64,000 nt of DNA from an uncultured Verrucomicrobiae bacterium (GTDB taxonomy: Bacteria; Verrucomicrobiota; Verrucomicrobiia; Chthoniobacterales; UBA10450): assembly GCA_963815455.1 (NCBI GenBank), contig CAWFGO010000002.1, positions 192,001 to 256,000 of the forward strand. Direction: 5' to 3'. The notes beneath the pieces were generated by a model. It was not told the DNA's origin. It did no database searches and worked only from the letters and a program-made list of their open reading frames with translations. A program made the position numbers and the translations under genes. Below are positions 60,737 through 64,000 of this stretch, in pieces (the first letter of the stretch is position 1; each line of letters opens with the position of its first letter).

Positions 60737-61507
60737 CTAATGTCCTCCCGGCGAATCGGGCGCTGGATCGCTGAACGGATTCTTCAAAAGATCCTCCGTC
60801 GGCTGGCTGGATGGATCCGACAAAAGATTTTCCGGCGACCCCGACCCCATCACGCGAAGGTTTACTGGAAATTTTCTGGTCGAGTTTTCGATCTCGATCG
60901 TCACCGTCGCGGCCGTGGCCCGCGACGTGTCCCTGGGTTGCACATCGACCTTGAATTCGTGATCGCTGATCTTCTGGACGTTGGTTTGAAAATCCCAGTT
61001 CGATGACGAAACCTTAAGCGCCCTGACCGGGAATCCCCAATCCTTGGCAACCTTTACCTTCACCGTCTTTGCTTTCGGTTGCTCCCCCCCTTGCCAAAAT
61101 AAAAACGTGGGAGCAACCTCCAGCGGCTGCGGAATCACCGCCTTTATGGTGAGCACCGTGGAAGGATGAATCGGATCATCCGTCTCGACCGCGATTGTCT
61201 TCTCCTGAACGCCAGTCCGGTCGCCGATGTTCAGCCGGGCCGTGATTTCCCCTTTTTCGCCCGGCGGCACCGCCTCTGCCTGCGTCTGGACAGTGGTGCA
61301 TCCGCAGGCCGGCTTAACAGATTTGAACCGGACGGGACTGGTTCCGGGGTTTTGGTATTTGAAGTGAGCGACGGCCATTTGATCGTTGGGACCGGTATGC
61401 ACTTCGATCGTGGTTTGTTCCCATTTTAATTCTGCGTCGACGGTGGCACCAAAAAGGATGACCGCAATGCCGATGACGCTGGAACAAATGGCCTTCATTG
61501 TTTCCAA
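60737..61507 (-). CDS. DUF1573 domain protein, paralogue 2
   Basis: FKYQNPG, KPACGCT, PPGEKGEI, KTIAVETDDP. Confidence 0.85.
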   Translation of the reverse strand: METMKAICSSVIGIAVILFGATVDAELKWEQTTIEVHTGPNDQMAVAHFKYQNPGTSPVRFKSVKPACGCTTVQTQAEAVPPGEKGEITARLNIGDRTGVQEKTIAVETDDPIHPSTVLTIKAVIPQPLEVAPTFLFWQGGEQPKAKTVKVKVAKDWGFPVRALKVSSSNWDFQTNVQKISDHEFKVDVQPRDTSRATAATVTIEIENSTRKFPVNLRVMGSGSPENLLSDPSSQPTEDLLKNPFSDPAPDSPGGH

Positions 61508-61519
61508 AAATGAGGCGCG

Positions 61520-62275
61520 CTATCGCGGAGCCGGGCTCGCTGGCGGCGTAGCCAGAGCATTGACCGCCGGCTTGAGCTGCTGCTTGGTCATCGGGTTTGC
61601 CGGATTCGCCCCCGGTTGGGGAGGAGCGCCCATCACTCTCAAATTCGCGTAGAGCAATTTGCTGGATTCGTCGGGCTGAATCGTTAGCGCGGCCGACAAC
61701 AGGCTCGATGTATCCTTCGGTTTGACCTCGATCTTGAACTCGCCGTTGCCGGTTTTTTCGACCTTGGTCTGGAACAATGGGCTCGATGAGGTGGCCTTGA
61801 TCGCCTTGACCGGGAAATCCTTGGCCGCTTTCACGGTGATCGTTTTAGGCTTCGCCTCCTCGCCGTTCTGCCAAAAAAGATAGGTGGGGGTCGCCTCGAT
61901 GTTTTGCGGAATAACCGCCTTGAGCACCAGCATGGTGGTGGCCCGCGTCGGATCGGGGTCATCAGTCTGAACCGTCACGTTTTTCGTCTGGGTGCCGGTG
62001 CGATCGCCAATCGTAAACGTAGCGGTGATCTCGCCTTTCTCACCCGCTTGCACGACGTCTTTTTGCGTCTGGGCAGTCGTGCAGCCGCAAGAGGCGTGCA
62101 CCGATTTGAACCGGACGGGTTGAGTCCCGACGTTTTGATACTTGAAATGCGCGACCGCTTGTTTGTCGCTGCTCGTGGGATGAAGCTCGATGGAGGTTTG
62201 TTCCCATTTCAGTTCGGCCCGCGCACTCGCGGAAACAAGGATCGACAGAATGATTGCTAAGGTAGGATTTTTCAT
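61520..62275 (-). CDS. DUF1573 domain protein, paralogue 1
   Basis: FKYQNVG, HASCGCT, GEKGEI, KNVTVQTDDP. Confidence 0.85.
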   Translation of the reverse strand: MKNPTLAIILSILVSASARAELKWEQTSIELHPTSSDKQAVAHFKYQNVGTQPVRFKSVHASCGCTTAQTQKDVVQAGEKGEITATFTIGDRTGTQTKNVTVQTDDPDPTRATTMLVLKAVIPQNIEATPTYLFWQNGEEAKPKTITVKAAKDFPVKAIKATSSSPLFQTKVEKTGNGEFKIEVKPKDTSSLLSAALTIQPDESSKLLYANLRVMGAPPQPGANPANPMTKQQLKPAVNALATPPASPAPR

Positions 62276-63208
62276 TTTTGGAAGTGGAGGCGACTAATAT
62301 AATCAACCACAGCCTCTCGCCAAGCCCGGGGTGAGGCCCCCGTAATGCCGGCATATTTGGCCGTGGAAAGCACCGAATAAACCGGGCGACGCGCGACGAA
62401 GTTCTTCATATCGCGCAGTTTAAGCGGGCGCGACTTCCTTCGCTTTCAGCGCGACACCCTGCTCGCGGCAGCAATCGAGCGCCCATTGCCCATATTCCTG
62501 CCAACTGCATTCGCCGGCATTGGCGAAATGCAAAATGCGTGGCATCTGCATCTTGCCGATGATTTCCGGAACATCGGCTGGAAGCCGATGCCACGGAAAA
62601 AACCGAGGGAGCATCTCCGCAATGTCGCGCGTATAAGTCGGGGTGGCGAATTTATCCGCGATCGCATCGACATGCTCGCTTTCCCGAGCGCGCTTGATGA
62701 TTGCATCGACAAAACTCGGGCGATCCGGGCCGAAAACCCAGGAAACTCGGACGACGAGAGGCCCGGTAGTTGCCGGGAAGCTGTCAGCTTCCCCTACAGC
62801 CAGGACGTTCTTTTCGCCTTGCCGTTTCGATTCACCATAAACGCTGATCGGACGCGCCTCGTCCTCCTCGCTATACGGCTCGCGTTTTTCACCATCGAAA
62901 ACGTAATCCGTGCTGAAGTGGATCAGCTTCGCGTTCTTGTTTTGGCAAATTTCTGCAAGAAGGCGTGGCGCCTCCGCATTGATTCGAAAAGCTTCCTCGC
63001 GATGTGTTTCGCAATAGTCAACGTTGGTCAGCGCTGCTGTGTTGATGAGAAGCTCGAAATCAAGGGGCACGAGCAAATCGGCGATTTCCTTTTCATTCCC
63101 GAGATCGAGGTCGTCATGATCAAAGCCGACCAGGTCGAATTTGTCTCGATATTCGCGCATCAGCGCCGAGCCGAGCCGACCTCCCGCGCCGATGATTGCG
63201 ATTTTCAC
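62272..63208 (-). CDS. rfbD: dTDP-4-dehydrorhamnose reductase (frameshift near 62425; continues ..RRPVYSVLST..W to TGA 62272)
   Basis: GAGGRLG, AALTNVD, HFSTDYVFDG, YGESK, PTYT, RPVYSVL. Confidence 0.92.
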
Positions 63209-63214
63209 CTTTGA

Positions 63215-63631
63215 TCAAACGCCCTGGACGCGAAAATTGGCGCTGCGCGCACCCAGGGCGAGCTGGGTATCGTGGGTAAGAAATGTCAGTTCAATTCCGT
63301 CGATCTCGGCCAGACGCAATGCCGTTGCCAGATGCAATGCGTCCAACGTGCCGAGCGGAGTCAGAAAAGACTGCGATGCCCGCTCCAAAATCAATCGACC
63401 AAGTGGAACGAAGTCCAGCGTATCAAAAATGGCGTGAGCCCGGCGTACAAACTCCGCCGCTTCCTGGTCCGCGACTGCGCCTTTCAATCGATTTCGGTCG
63501 ATCGTGCGCAAGACCTCGACGCGAAGCAATTCGCTGGCATAGGCCCGCTCCCATCGCCCCCAGGTTCCGAGCGAGCCGGCTTCTCGCTGAAGCTTCCGCA
63601 CCACCACCGACGAATCCAGATAGACCGTCAT
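63215..63631 (-). CDS. VapC-type PIN domain toxin
   Basis: VYLDSS, LRVEV, LGTLDALHLATA, FLTHD. Confidence 0.9.
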   Translation of the reverse strand: MTVYLDSSVVVRKLQREAGSLGTWGRWERAYASELLRVEVLRTIDRNRLKGAVADQEAAEFVRRAHAIFDTLDFVPLGRLILERASQSFLTPLGTLDALHLATALRLAEIDGIELTFLTHDTQLALGARSANFRVQGV

Positions 63632-63879
63632 CGCCGGCGTCGGTCGGCCAAAAGATCGGCCAGGAGATCGACCTGCAGATTCAACCCCTTAACTTTCTTC
63701 AGCGATGAGACCGGCTTTTTCGCGGGAATAATCTGCAAATCTGCCGAGTTTTTCTCGATCGGAACGATGCGCGCAATCGGATGTCGATGCGAAGTAATGG
63801 TGATCTCCTTTCCTTTCTTCACTGCGGCCAAATAAGCACTCAGTTTGCTTTTCAATGTGGCCACGCTAACCGATCCCAT
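63628..63879 (-). CDS. Phd/YefM family antitoxin
   Basis: VSVATLKSKLSAYLAAVKKGKEITITSHRHPIARIVP; ATGA overlap with the toxin. Confidence 0.9.
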   Translation of the reverse strand: MGSVSVATLKSKLSAYLAAVKKGKEITITSHRHPIARIVPIEKNSADLQIIPAKKPVSSLKKVKGLNLQVDLLADLLADRRRR

Positions 63880-63914
63880 GACCACATTATGACCATACTA
63901 TGACCATAAGTCAA
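63878..63914 (-). promoter_or_regulatory. sigma70 promoter (TTGACT-N17-CATAAT) overlapped by three TGGTCAT direct repeats (putative TA operator)
   Basis: -35 at 63914-63909, -10 at 63891-63886; ATGACCA on + strand at 63878, 63889, 63900 (11-bp period). Confidence 0.7.
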
Positions 63915-64000
63915 AGGTCGATCTCGCCTCGTGGCGGCTGGACCACAAAATCACCGCGGCAGTTTCAAATCGCGAACGCGCGTGGTCCCTTCCGGAGCCG

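Overview
This window is bacterial chromosomal DNA, GC-rich. Protein style and gene order suggest Verrucomicrobiota (Chthoniobacterales-like); that is an inference. It contains: (1) the 5' part of a radical SAM gene (MqnE-like), an ECF sigma factor and a secretin; (2) a ~19 kb minus-strand str-S10-spc-alpha ribosomal supercluster that lacks tuf, rpsN, rpmD, rpoA and rplQ and has a non-ribosomal gene inserted between rpsS and rplV; (3) an accessory block with marC, an HExxH protein, a large fragmented defence-like ORF, a 5'-3' exonuclease, an IS3 element inside a palindromic repeat array and a DUF2283-type TA-like pair; (4) tgt, then a GxxExxY nuclease bounded by 29-bp inverted repeats, an AlgI/AlgX-SGNH O-acetylation cluster and yajC-secDF-rpsU; (5) a GrpE-Hsp70-(J-like+FGE) module; (6) heme biosynthesis genes, apt, queF-queC, two NlpC/P60 paralogues, M20 peptidase, GNAT, a protease-TonB fusion, DUF1573/rhodanese/DoxX genes, rfbD and a Phd-VapC TA pair. 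The most striking unexplained layer is a dense set of small palindromic elements. Some have arms of 7-10 bp tandem units, others are GTAG/TGGAG REP-like or GTCAT-terminated hairpins. They sit on stop or start codons or in-frame inside genes, and one family occurs both as an empty hairpin (4390-4480) and wrapped around the GxxExxY gene (33065-33493). Many genes between about 24 and 63 kb carry frameshifts that are probably sequencing or assembly indels. No tRNA, rRNA or CRISPR array was recognised.
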